A stretch of 64,000 bases of DNA, from the NCBI GenBank assembly GCA_037310415.1, contig CP147780.1, forward strand, positions 96,001-160,000. Reading direction: 5' to 3'. Under the pieces are notes generated by a model. The model made no database searches and was not told the origin of the DNA. It worked only from the letters and a program-made list of their open reading frames with translations. Below are positions 1-9,329 of this stretch, in pieces; position 1 is the stretch's first letter; the number at the start of each line of letters is the position of its first letter. The position numbers were made by a program, and so were the translations under genes. Source of the stretch: Candidatus Atabeyarchaeum deiterrae. GTDB taxonomy: Archaea; Asgardarchaeota; Atabeyarchaeia; Atabeyarchaeales; Atabeyarchaeaceae.

Positions 1-147
1 GTCACAGTCAATGTCTTCTGGTTTGAACTCGACATTGAGCCCTTCGGTCCATTGTTTGGCCAACTGTTTTTTCCGTTCGGAATCTTTGGCTTGGGTTGCT
101 TTGAACGCGTTACACTCAGCGCAGTCCAATCCACAATAAGCAATCAT
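1..147 (-). CDS. DUF3795-family Cys-rich protein (partial, runs off window start); tandem paralogue of 183..563
   Basis: Manual translation of the minus strand gives MIAYCGLDCAECNAFKATQAKDSERKKQLAKQWTEGLNVEFKPEDIDCD, collinear with the neighbouring ORF. Confidence 0.85.
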   Translation of the reverse strand, partial: MIAYCGLDCAECNAFKATQAKDSERKKQLAKQWTEGLNVEFKPEDIDCD

Positions 148-182
148 TTCAGATATGATTTTGTTCCCTCCTTCTTCAGGTC

Positions 183-563
183 TTAAGTCAAGGTCATAGT
201 CTGGCACTTCCCGCTAGACTCGAGTGTTTTCCGAATTTCTTCGAGATTTCTTGTGGCGACGGGGTCGCCTGACAAATACTCTTTCAGTTTTTCGCAAGGA
301 TAATCGTCGCAGTGGCCACAGGTCTTGACTTTCCTTTCTTCCGCGCACGGTCTTATTTTGCAGAGTTTTGGGCAAAAACCAGAAATCACGCCAGACTTGC
401 ATCCGTGACAGTCAACGTCTTCTGGTTTGAACTTAATCTCACCTTGATCAGACCAGTGTTTGGCTATCTGCTTTTTCCATTCAATGTCTTTCGTTTCGGT
501 CGCTTTGAACGCTTTGCACTCGTTGCAGTGCAGTCCACAATAGGCAATCATTTCAGACATCAT
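183..563 (-). CDS. DUF3795-family Cys-rich protein
   Basis: IAYCGLHCNEC...DCHGCKS...CKIRPCA...CGHCDDYPC pattern. Start trimmed from 752 to the ATG at 563 by alignment with the paralogue. Confidence 0.85.
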   Translation of the reverse strand: MMSEMIAYCGLHCNECKAFKATETKDIEWKKQIAKHWSDQGEIKFKPEDVDCHGCKSGVISGFCPKLCKIRPCAEERKVKTCGHCDDYPCEKLKEYLSGDPVATRNLEEIRKTLESSGKCQTMTLT

Positions 564-799
564 TTTTGCCTGCCTCTTTTTCAACGGTATAACGTATTGA
601 ATGATTGTAGTCGACAAGATAAGCGTTCTACAGTCATATGCTGGTTGAATCCATGCCATGAAAGACTTGGCCATGGCTTGACCTCTGAACGGGAAATTGA
701 GGAGTCGGTGATAGACCTGCTCACTCATACATCCCCTAATCGTCTCACCCATTCCACCTCAAGTGGCTCTAAGCTGGGAAACAGGATAGGAATTCTGGC

Positions 800-833
800 G
801 TCATGTGACTGAGCTGTCTGCGAGGCATGTGAC
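800..833. promoter_or_regulatory. Two GTCAYRTGAC-type palindromic operator candidates
   Basis: GTCATGTGAC at 800-809 and GGCATGTGAC at 824-833, upstream of the DUF3795 genes. The same motif recurs at 1579 and 1620. Confidence 0.5.
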
Positions 834-870
834 GCACCCTCCGTAAGGAAGACGCGTGCCCCACCCAGCC

Positions 871-1602
871 CTACTTCAATATCAGATTCCGCCTTCTATC
901 TGGAGGAATCAGCTTGAAGAGCTGGATATACGGAGCCAATGAAGACACAAGCTTATTTTCAGCCTTCTTCAGATGCTCCTGAAAAGTCGTCCTGGACACC
1001 TTCTTGTTTCGAGCTATTGTCTTGACATCAGTCTTCCGAGGCAACCTGTAGTAGCCGTAATTATACGCTGTCATTAGGGCGTCTATCTGCTTCCTTGTCA
1101 GATCTGAGAATAATGCGTCCGCAGTGAGCGTTAGTAGAGATGCTATGAAACCGTCGAAGGGCACCTTACGCAGCATCTTAAAGGAATAGCCTCTCTTCTC
1201 AAACTCTCTCAGTAATTCATCTATGTCCTGATGTCTGAACGCAATCACGCGGTAGTATTCCCATCCTGCCTCGTATGCAATAGGCGAGATCTGCAGGAGA
1301 TCGAATCGATCAATGATCTTTGTGATGGAGTTCTCCAGTGTGCAGGAACACGTCCTCGTAATCATATGGATTTTGCCGCCGTCGGATGACTCCTCGATTA
1401 TCCCAGCGATCTTGGATGCTTCCTTCACTATGACCTGGTAGTCCTCCTTTCTCTCTATGACCAACTCGATGACTTCTTTCTCTCCATTACACCAAGTAAA
1501 CATTCTCAAATTTGGGAACTGCTGCGAGAGATTACAGAAAGGACAGTCGTGGGCTACCTTGAAAACAATCTCAAATAGCGTCATATGACGTAATTTGTTC
1601 AT
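871..1602 (-). CDS. Bat/HTH_10-family transcriptional regulator with Cys-containing sensor region
   Basis: C-terminal LTRKQIDALMTAYNYGYYRLPRKT...VSRTTFQEHLKKAENKL is the HTH_10 signature. N-terminal HDCPFC and CSC motifs. Confidence 0.9.
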   Translation of the reverse strand: MNKLRHMTLFEIVFKVAHDCPFCNLSQQFPNLRMFTWCNGEKEVIELVIERKEDYQVIVKEASKIAGIIEESSDGGKIHMITRTCSCTLENSITKIIDRFDLLQISPIAYEAGWEYYRVIAFRHQDIDELLREFEKRGYSFKMLRKVPFDGFIASLLTLTADALFSDLTRKQIDALMTAYNYGYYRLPRKTDVKTIARNKKVSRTTFQEHLKKAENKLVSSLAPYIQLFKLIPPDRRRNLILK

Positions 1603-1637
1603 TCTTCACTTATTAGTTCCACCGTCACATGACGGTG
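1579..1637. promoter_or_regulatory. Palindromic operator candidates around the regulator start (autoregulation)
   Basis: Perfect palindrome CGTCATATGACG at 1579-1590 and CACCGTCA-CA-TGACGGTG at 1620-1637. Confidence 0.55.
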
Positions 1638-1997
1638 CCCTTTTCTGATCGTCCTAACATCTCAAATCGACAACTTTAGAACCACATCCCCAAAAAAGGC
1701 GCCCAACAGAGAACGCTTCCATCCAGAAGAAAATGCATTCCAGAATCCTTGAGCATTTCGTCAAGGAAATCGATAATTCAAATGAAGTAAAAAGTTCTTT
1801 TTTGGACCGCCAGATGAGCATTCTGAGAATCTATAGTGCAGATGGATCCCGAAGGTCAATAGAGTTATCCTGGGACGATTGCAGCTAGTGTGCACGCCCG
1901 CTGCACAAGTAGTGCACAAAGATTTGGCAACTGATGACTTGCGGCGTATCGAGAAGAGAAATCTCAAAGATGATTGATGGCAATTCCGATTTCCCGT

Positions 1998-3140
1998 TCA
2001 AACGCTCGGATCCCTTGAGTCATATGCTGTAGGCACCTCGACCAAAGGTTTCAGCATCTCGGCACTGCTTCTCTCTTCCTTAATTTCTTGTATTATCTTC
2101 TCTTTCTGATGATCACTTACCCCGAAGATCGGCTTAAACACGATGGGCAAGTCCCTTGGTATCAAGCTGCAGGCTTTCTGCAGTTTTCGTCCCGTCCTTG
2201 CTAAAGTGTCGACTAGGTAGAGCCTCTTACATCCATTCAAATCCTCAGGTCTGATTTTGAAGGAGTAAGGCTCCTTGTATTCTATTGAGTAGGTCAAAGG
2301 TATTGACAGTTTGTAGCTTACTTCAGCTGCAAAAGGAAGCCCGTACGTCGATATAGAAGCTACAGCGTTGCAATCCTCTTCGTAGCATTCGTAGGCAAGA
2401 AGGCTGCACACGTCAGAGAATCCGTCAGCATCCGCGAATATCTCCCACGACCTTAAAGCGACGGCTTTATCCTTTTCCCAGATTAAGCATCTGTCCTTAA
2501 GTTTTTTCAGGATAGTGGTCGAGTCCCTGCTCGCCTCAGACCGAGTAGGAGTACTCGGGCATTCAACCGAAGCCTTTTTCAACTCCTGTTTCCCTTGCTC
2601 TAACTCTAGATCTCCGAAGACTCTGTCTATCCCCTTCAGAAAGGTGGTTGCATTTTCTTGTCCCATTTGCCCTTTCAATGGATCAACAATCGTTACAGGT
2701 AGGGACACCAATGCTACTAGCTCAACTGACTTCGACTTTTCCAAAAGGCGCTCAACCATTTTGTTGGCAAGGAAGAGTTTGTAACCAGTACTCACAATGT
2801 CATCAAAGACGAGAACTCTGTTCAGAGGGCTCGGAGGCTTGCCCGCAGGTCGCGGTTCAGGTCTCACGATGGGAAGGAACATTCTCGAAATGGAGAAGGG
2901 TTTTCTCAACTTCTGTGCAACCCGAACAGCAAGAGGAATGCCTGAGGTTTCTACTCCAATGATCCAGTCGCAGGTGATAGCTTTGCCTTCTAGATTCTTG
3001 GTCAAACCCTCAAGGAGTTCTCGATTCTTCGGCTCGAAGAGTTTGCATGTCAGCCACTTGTGTCCTTCTTCTGGACTCCATCCAAGATAGCAGGTGCTAA
3101 TCAGCTTCTGAGTCAACTGATTCTGGTCGCCCAATTCCAT
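1998..3140 (-). CDS. Tandem (double) type I phosphoribosyltransferase-domain protein
   Basis: Domain 1: IIGVETSGIPLA...VLVFDDIVSTGYKL (PRPP-binding motif). Domain 2: VASISTYGLPFA...LYLVDTLARTGRKL (degenerate). Confidence 0.8.
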   Translation of the reverse strand: MELGDQNQLTQKLISTCYLGWSPEEGHKWLTCKLFEPKNRELLEGLTKNLEGKAITCDWIIGVETSGIPLAVRVAQKLRKPFSISRMFLPIVRPEPRPAGKPPSPLNRVLVFDDIVSTGYKLFLANKMVERLLEKSKSVELVALVSLPVTIVDPLKGQMGQENATTFLKGIDRVFGDLELEQGKQELKKASVECPSTPTRSEASRDSTTILKKLKDRCLIWEKDKAVALRSWEIFADADGFSDVCSLLAYECYEEDCNAVASISTYGLPFAAEVSYKLSIPLTYSIEYKEPYSFKIRPEDLNGCKRLYLVDTLARTGRKLQKACSLIPRDLPIVFKPIFGVSDHQKEKIIQEIKEERSSAEMLKPLVEVPTAYDSRDPSV

Positions 3141-4113
3141 TAGACCCCGCGTAGAGGAAATCGTTCAAAGAAATGATCTCTTTCCACATCAATTGATAAT
3201 CAGGCACCTCTAGCGCCTCGGCTATTCTTTTCATATGATCTGCAAACATTCTGTTCTGGGACAGTAGCCGCTTTCCGAGAAAGGTAGGCCCTGTAATGTA
3301 CACGGCTCGCGAGCACCAATCCACAAGATCGATCACGAATCTAACGTCAGGGTCCTCGTCATAATGCACGACCTGGTTCTCTTCTTCCCTCTTTTCAAGC
3401 CAGCGTTCTGATATGGTACTAAAGGAGTCGGTACACATTGGTTTTTCATCTGAGTTCGTTGTTCCTGCCTCGTCGGTCGGTTCTCCCTTGAGATTTCCAC
3501 ACAACTTTCCAAGACTTGCAGCCAAATCTCTCTTTGCAATATTGTTGCCCTCATTTAAGATAGGCGGCTCTAGGGTGTGATCGTCGGAATTTCCTGTTAC
3601 GTGGTAGCAGACGTTGCAGAAGTTTCTTAGGAACTCGTACATGTAATGGCGGTTCCCGACTCTCCATGCCCTGTAAAGCCTCCTAAGTTCCTTTGACATC
3701 AGTGGCATTATTTTAACTGGTGAGAATTTAACTATGGCTTCGCCATATTCGTAATCCGCGATTCTAGTGCTTGAGAAGCCGAAAAACAGAAACGGGAAAG
3801 ATCCATGTAGTGCACTCGCTGCCCCCTGAAACTCTTCCAACTTCACGTAGAACTTACTAAGATTATCGATCACGCTACCTTGCCTTTTCAAGTAGTACCC
3901 ACATTCAGCAATAGCATCCCACAATCTCAACTTATTGGGCCTAATCCTATCCCCAGCCCTAAGGACAAGCGGAGGGATGGTTATTGCGAGGTACCCCATA
4001 ATCAGGAGATAAACCAGCGCCCACTCATATACTCCCACCAGACTGCCTAAATAAAGAATAACAAGACAACCTAGCACTATAGGCAAAGCACCGATCAGAT
4101 AGTACTTACGCAT
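3097..4113 (-). CDS. Hypothetical protein, two N-terminal TM helices plus soluble domain
   Basis: Likely start is the ATG at 4113 (MRKYYLIG), which overlaps the upstream stop. Hydrophobic N-terminus. Overlaps the PRTase start. Confidence 0.7.
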   Translation of the reverse strand: MRKYYLIGALPIVLGCLVILYLGSLVGVYEWALVYLLIMGYLAITIPPLVLRAGDRIRPNKLRLWDAIAECGYYLKRQGSVIDNLSKFYVKLEEFQGAASALHGSFPFLFFGFSSTRIADYEYGEAIVKFSPVKIMPLMSKELRRLYRAWRVGNRHYMYEFLRNFCNVCYHVTGNSDDHTLEPPILNEGNNIAKRDLAASLGKLCGNLKGEPTDEAGTTNSDEKPMCTDSFSTISERWLEKREEENQVVHYDEDPDVRFVIDLVDWCSRAVYITGPTFLGKRLLSQNRMFADHMKRIAEALEVPDYQLMWKEIISLNDFLYAGSNGIGRPESVDSEAD

Positions 4114-4573
4114 AGAAATCCCCCACTCCGCCAATCCTTTCCCGCAGTCCTGAAGAATAAAGCAACAAGAATCCAGATGAGAGCCCCACAAGGAGGTAGG
4201 ACATTGCAACACAGGCAAGCTGTGTGGACCCAAGGTTAAGGAACTGCAGGAAAGTTATTGCCAGTACAAGAAAGTAAATGCTCCCGACTATCCTTACGGC
4301 AATATAGACATCCTGCGAATGCTTCATATACCAGTAGAAGATCAGGACTGGGAAGCCCATCAATGCTAGTATGATTATTGCGACGCAGATCCAGTGTATC
4401 AAGGAATTCGAATAGACGAACAAGTTTGATAGGAAGATGCTAACCGATGCTCCAAAAGACGCTCCAATCAAAGCGTCTTCAAATACAAGTGGAGTATCAG
4501 TTTGTGAAACATTTGGCAAATAATTCAACCTCACTGAAAGGTAACACCAAGATAGTGAATTCACGCGTTCCAA
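4106..4573 (-). CDS. Hypothetical 4-TM membrane protein
   Basis: Four hydrophobic segments. Its stop overlaps the next gene's start, suggesting an operon. Confidence 0.65.
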   Translation of the reverse strand: MERVNSLSWCYLSVRLNYLPNVSQTDTPLVFEDALIGASFGASVSIFLSNLFVYSNSLIHWICVAIIILALMGFPVLIFYWYMKHSQDVYIAVRIVGSIYFLVLAITFLQFLNLGSTQLACVAMSYLLVGLSSGFLLLYSSGLRERIGGVGDFYA

Positions 4574-5360
4574 TCAATCTTGCCTGCTTCTTATTCTGGA
4601 GTCAGACCGAGGTTCGAAAAGGTCGCATCATTGCTCAGGATCATTCCTAGCTTCGCGGCGTAAATTCGAGAGATAATTGCGTTGATCATCGGTAATGAGA
4701 ACCGCGTCAACGTGTTCGAGGTTCTCCACCTCATCTCTCCCCAGGAGCAAGAAGCTTCCTCTCATGCTCCCACCTGCGTCATACTAGGTATGACTTCCCA
4801 AGTAATATATAAGATCTTTGGGAGACTACTCAAGAAAAATTGAGTAACCTCCCCTATGATCTGGACTAATGCACCGAAACTACGGCACCTGTGAATGAGC
4901 CATTTGCACGGGTTCAAAGATACCACTAAGGGAAAGAGACTCCTTCATGAGACTGATCACACTATTCATTCCTGATAGCAACTCTGAATTCACTGAAACC
5001 CTGAAGGAAGAAACGGGCCCCAATCCCTATTCTTCGTAGTATAAAGCTCGCACGTGACTCTCCTCGCGCGGGCATAAACCTTATATCCACGACCCCATAA
5101 AAACAACATCGTCAGATGCGGGGGAAGCTCTGACCTGCCAGTCAGCTCGACGAGGAGGAGGAAAAGGCAAAGTTTCTCGAAATTGGTATTGGTCCATTCT
5201 GCACCATAAATCACGGGACGTACCGAGTTCACGAAACTCCTCCCTAACGAATGCGAGCACTTACTTGGTTTGAGTTCAGTCCAATCATGTTGTGGCCATC
5301 TGAAAAACCGAAGAACTCATGCCTGAAGAAAGCAACAGACTGACCGGGAGGTGATGTTGT

Positions 5361-5849
5361 ATCCCAGTAGAGAAAAAGGACCTTGAAGGTCTGCCAGTGA
5401 CGATGAGGAATGTCCTGTTACGCGCTATAGGTGTCCCATCGTTTGCAGATGCGGCAAAAGTAATAAACGCAAACCCCACCAAGCTTGGAGCCCCCTCCGG
5501 GATGCTATGCAAAATTGCCCAGGAAGAACTTAAGCGTGAGACAAAGAGAGAGAACAGGATGGAGAGCGTATTCGAGGGTTTCCTATATGTAACACTTATT
5601 CTTGTAGTCATCACAGCCATATTGGTCCTGTTTAGTCTGATCACAGAGCCAATTGCTTCAGCTGCCATGGCGCTAATAACAGGAACCGCCACCGCCTTTT
5701 ACTTTAGTAGGCTCAAAGATCAAAGGAAACTCACGGGCGAAAAAGAGAGAAAGGTCAAAGAATACTGTGAGAGACATAAAATTGTCAAACGAATGTTACT
5801 CGCCAAGATGCCATCAGAGCAAATCGTGAGGATGTTGGGATCAGAGTGA
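5361..5849 (+). CDS. Hypothetical 2-TM membrane protein (start uncertain: ATC at 5361 after GGAGGTGA, or GTG at 5397)
   Basis: 150-aa ORF with two adjacent TM segments. A strong SD motif precedes an in-frame ATC. Confidence 0.6.
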   Translation: MPVEKKDLEGLPVTMRNVLLRAIGVPSFADAAKVINANPTKLGAPSGMLCKIAQEELKRETKRENRMESVFEGFLYVTLILVVITAILVLFSLITEPIASAAMALITGTATAFYFSRLKDQRKLTGEKERKVKEYCERHKIVKRMLLAKMPSEQIVRMLGSE

Positions 5850-6000
5850 GCGCGCTGAAGCGTAGCGCGCGCCTCTTCGAACTAGGCGTCGGAAGAATCT
5901 TAGAGAAACAAGGCATACAATCCAAGGAAACCACGCTAAAACTCGGCAAACACACCCACTGCCCAGACTTCCTTCTTCCTTTGGAACACGGAATCTGGTG
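5846..6000 (+). pseudogene. Fragment of a PD-(D/E)XK nuclease domain homologous to 27787..28971
   Basis: FELGVGRILEKQGIQSKETTLKLGKHTHCPDF aligns to FELQVRKILDEHSIKFCSPTLKLGKRRYFPDF. Truncated by the convergent gene. Confidence 0.75.
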
Positions 6001-6006
6001 CTTGCC

Positions 6007-7134
6007 TCAAACCTGCGCCTTTAAGCAGTCCCTCAGGAATCCGAAGTGACACCACAGCCAGAACAGATAAATGTAAAAGAGAACCATGACAACAGCGCTT
6101 AGCTCCTTCGTCTGGTGGATGAACTGGTCGTACTTGAGAATCGCCACAGGGTGCGAGTCCAAAAACTCTATTCTTCTCTCAACATAATCTGGCCTATATG
6201 ATCCATGAGCAATTGAGTTTCTGATGTCCTTATTCAGGGGGGAGACCAGGAGCCTGAAAGATGGCGATGCCTTGCTGATGAGATTCAGGTTCAATCCTAG
6301 TGGATATTTTCGTATTCTCCTGTACTCGAGTTTTTTTCCTATTGACATCTGGTGAAGTCCAACTAATGTTCTTAGTTGTTTCTCGAATATTCCTGATAGC
6401 CAGCGGTAGGTGTCTATGAGTTTCTCGACTGTTCTCTTTGTCATTCGTCCAAATCTTCCATTCATGTATTTGTAGTGATTCTCAGCGTGTATTGACATGG
6501 AAAGTAGAACGTACGTGTCATTGCTCTTAGAAAGTTGGTCAAAGAAATCACCCGCAGCGATGGCGTCTTGTTTATTAGATCTGTATAAAGCCGCGATAAT
6601 GGCTTCAGCAGCGGACTTGCACTCAAAGAAGCTAGTGCCGGCCAGATATTGGTAGTCTCTGAAATCAGACTGTAGAAGCGTCTGATACAAGTCGTGATAG
6701 CCTTGGATCAGCATGTCTAGAACATCCTCGTTTGATGGAACTCCTAATAAGGAACTCAGATTGCTTAGAGACCTTCTAACACGCCGATATTTCTCTTCGC
6801 CGCTAAGGTTCTGGTTCTTGGCAGTGTTTTCGAGTTCGCGCTGAAGGTGTGGTATCAGAGAAACGAAATCTTCTGCACGCTGACTCAGCTGGTGCTTTTC
6901 ACTCATAGATAGTTCAAGTTTTCCGAGATTTCTGGCGCCGAAAAGCTTTGAAAGGAATTCCTCCTTTGTTATCCCCGATAGCCTCGAATAGTACTCTAGT
7001 AGTAAGTAGAGAATTCTATGCTTCTCTCTATCTCTCTGTTTCCGATTGGACGTGAAATCGGTTGATGCCGAATCCCCATTCATGAATCCTATGCCCTTCT
7101 CACTATTTCTGTCGAGGGGTCTGCTGTTTCTCAT
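6007..7134 (-). CDS. Helical protein with C-terminal HEPN-like motif
   Basis: DIRNSIAHGSY matches the HEPN Rx4H motif. Confidence 0.6.
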   Translation of the reverse strand: MRNSRPLDRNSEKGIGFMNGDSASTDFTSNRKQRDREKHRILYLLLEYYSRLSGITKEEFLSKLFGARNLGKLELSMSEKHQLSQRAEDFVSLIPHLQRELENTAKNQNLSGEEKYRRVRRSLSNLSSLLGVPSNEDVLDMLIQGYHDLYQTLLQSDFRDYQYLAGTSFFECKSAAEAIIAALYRSNKQDAIAAGDFFDQLSKSNDTYVLLSMSIHAENHYKYMNGRFGRMTKRTVEKLIDTYRWLSGIFEKQLRTLVGLHQMSIGKKLEYRRIRKYPLGLNLNLISKASPSFRLLVSPLNKDIRNSIAHGSYRPDYVERRIEFLDSHPVAILKYDQFIHQTKELSAVVMVLFYIYLFWLWCHFGFLRDCLKAQV

Positions 7135-7798
7135 TGCGCTGCAGCGCTCTCTGATTGGCCATCAGGTTCAACTAGGCTGATCTCGCGCTCATCTTTGCTA
7201 AGTTGATATTTCCTGCCTTGAATGTCGTAATAGACTACCTCTATCCATATTCTTTCCAAGGTCTTTTCTGTTTCTTGTTCGTTTGTCCGCTGCTTCAAAA
7301 GGTGGTCTGCAAGCTTAGGATGTCTACGGTTTGGATAAAGGCGCATCTCGCCAGGCGGAATCATGTCAAAACTGTATTTGTCACCTTTCTCGATCAGCGG
7401 GATCTTTTCCTTTCCTTCAAGAAGGAAAACCTTACCCCTAATCGCATAACCTGGGCCAATGTTCTGCAGCCATATTCCCGGCCGGTTTACTTGGTAATCT
7501 GAGATTTTCCGCTCCTAGCGCACGTCTCCCGATCGATCTTGTAGGAACCCCGAACGATAATGAATGGCTGAATGATCGTCTTGTTTGTCTCGGTGATGGC
7601 ATTGCCTAACGCAGGAGCCGAAACTAGACTGAGGAACGCAATTATGGCTAGGAGAAGAGTAGCTGCGGTAAGACCGAGGTCTGACGTGTAAGACAGCGAT
7701 AGTTCCGACAGGACTATCATAACATAAGCCAACAGTATGATTGTTGCCACGCTCAGTCCAAGCAGGATCATTTGAAGGACAGTTTTCGTCTTATTCAA
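7131..7798 (-). pseudogene. Frameshifted membrane-anchored hypothetical protein
   Basis: ORFs 7487..7798 (2 TM) and 7131..7364 join through a frameshift near 7500. The second frame reads ...PGIWLQNIGPGYAIRG...DMIPPGE. Confidence 0.65.
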
Positions 7799-8112
7799 CT
7801 CTGCAACCTCGTAATGAAGATGAATTCTCGTAGATAGGCAATTACTTATTATGGTTTCTGGATAAGATCGACGACATGACTATTCTCCTGAACCGCTACT
7901 CCTTGAACCCTAGAAAGCCGAGGCTAAGAAAGAGGGGCGCTCACCGATGTCTTTTCCCTCCGAATGCTTGTGCGCCGAAGTCAGATGATCTAGAAATATC
8001 GGACATATCTGGTCTCGGAACTCTAGACTCACGGAGACGGAACAGGTCCTCTATGCCTAGCAATCTATAAATAGCATCCTCTAATACTCGTTGGTGTGGA
8101 GGGGAGCAAAGA

Positions 8113-8997
8113 ATGGCTGTCGAGTTGAAACCAGTCTACGGGAATACCTGGGTCAACGAGAGTTCAGTACCTCCACGAATAACATTCACTGTGAATTTTG
8201 AGCCGCTTCGTGAAACAATCTACCTTCTCCTCGCAGGGGGGACACTATATCTCACGACCTCCTCTTCAGGTCGAGTTGAGATTGGTCGAGTCTATTCAAG
8301 AGAGATGTTCATTGCATTGTTTGGTGGAAGAGAACCCCGTAGGCTCGAACTACACTTCGATGTGGATCCGTGGAAGCTGGAAAAGATAGAGCAAATTCGT
8401 GCTGGAAGTGACTTGATGCTCCAACTCATACTGCATTTCCACAAGAAGAGAGAGAACGAACCGACATATCAGATGTCCAGTTCAATGATTGTTACCCACC
8501 CAGAGTACGGTGAACAGATTAAAATTGCCAAGTCCGACTGGGTTGAGAACTATCTTCCGAAGCTCGGTTACCGAAGGAGCAGGATACTAGAGATCCCCAT
8601 GCTTGAGCCCACACCTGAAGACTTCAGACAAGTTCCCCTATACTTGGATGAGGCTTGGAAACACTACTCGCGATGTGATTGCGACGATGTCATGACCAAC
8701 TGCAGAAGAGCGTTAGAGTCTCTAACTGAGGCAATCAAGAAACTGGGTTTCAAGAAGACAGAACCCGATGAGAGCGGCAGGGAGAGAACTGTTCCAAATT
8801 GGAAGTCTTTCTTTGGAGAGCATGGGACACTGGCTGAGAACTTTGAGAAGACATTCAGGGGAACGATCGGCTTCCTCCAGCCAGGAGCCCATACGGGCAG
8901 AGCCATATCCGGATCGGAGGCTGAGTTTGCATTGATGAGTACTTACAGCCTCTCGAACTACGTGATCAAGACCAACAATAAGTCAAGAGGAAAATGA
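8113..8997 (+). CDS. Hypothetical protein with C-terminal Abi_C/HEPN-like helical domain
   Basis: YLDEAWKHY...DDVMTNCRRALESL...GAH...SEAEFAL pattern resembles DUF4145/Abi_C. The catalytic Arg is not evident. Confidence 0.55.
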   Translation: MAVELKPVYGNTWVNESSVPPRITFTVNFEPLRETIYLLLAGGTLYLTTSSSGRVEIGRVYSREMFIALFGGREPRRLELHFDVDPWKLEKIEQIRAGSDLMLQLILHFHKKRENEPTYQMSSSMIVTHPEYGEQIKIAKSDWVENYLPKLGYRRSRILEIPMLEPTPEDFRQVPLYLDEAWKHYSRCDCDDVMTNCRRALESLTEAIKKLGFKKTEPDESGRERTVPNWKSFFGEHGTLAENFEKTFRGTIGFLQPGAHTGRAISGSEAEFALMSTYSLSNYVIKTNNKSRGK

Positions 8998-9329
8998 GAC
9001 CTACGGCTGGAATGAGGTTGAAATATATGAAGAGGGTTCACAAGGACTAATCGGTTCCGAGGAGTTGGGATGAGAAATAACACGTGAGCGCACCGAATGG
9101 GTTCACACTTTCAGATGTCCAATATGTGGAGCAGAGTTCACTGTTTCTGGCGGCTTCAGAGAGAAAAAGCGAAGATGATAACAGCGCGTATGCGCTGATT
9201 TGAAAACTCTGAGTGTTCCTAGTGAGCCCGACTGTCGCTCAATTCTTGCATGGTAGTTCCTGCGACCTGTGAAAACCAACTTATTATGAGAGTCTGAAGG
9301 AATCGACACAGATAAGTGCCCGTTTCGCA

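Noticed and set aside
564-752. N-terminal extension of the 189-aa ORF
   Set aside because: The paralogue alignment puts the start at 563/560. The extension covers promoter/operator sequence.
4990-5232. 80-aa minus-strand ORF with an SD-like motif
   Set aside because: No recognisable motif. It cannot be distinguished from a relic or a chance ORF.
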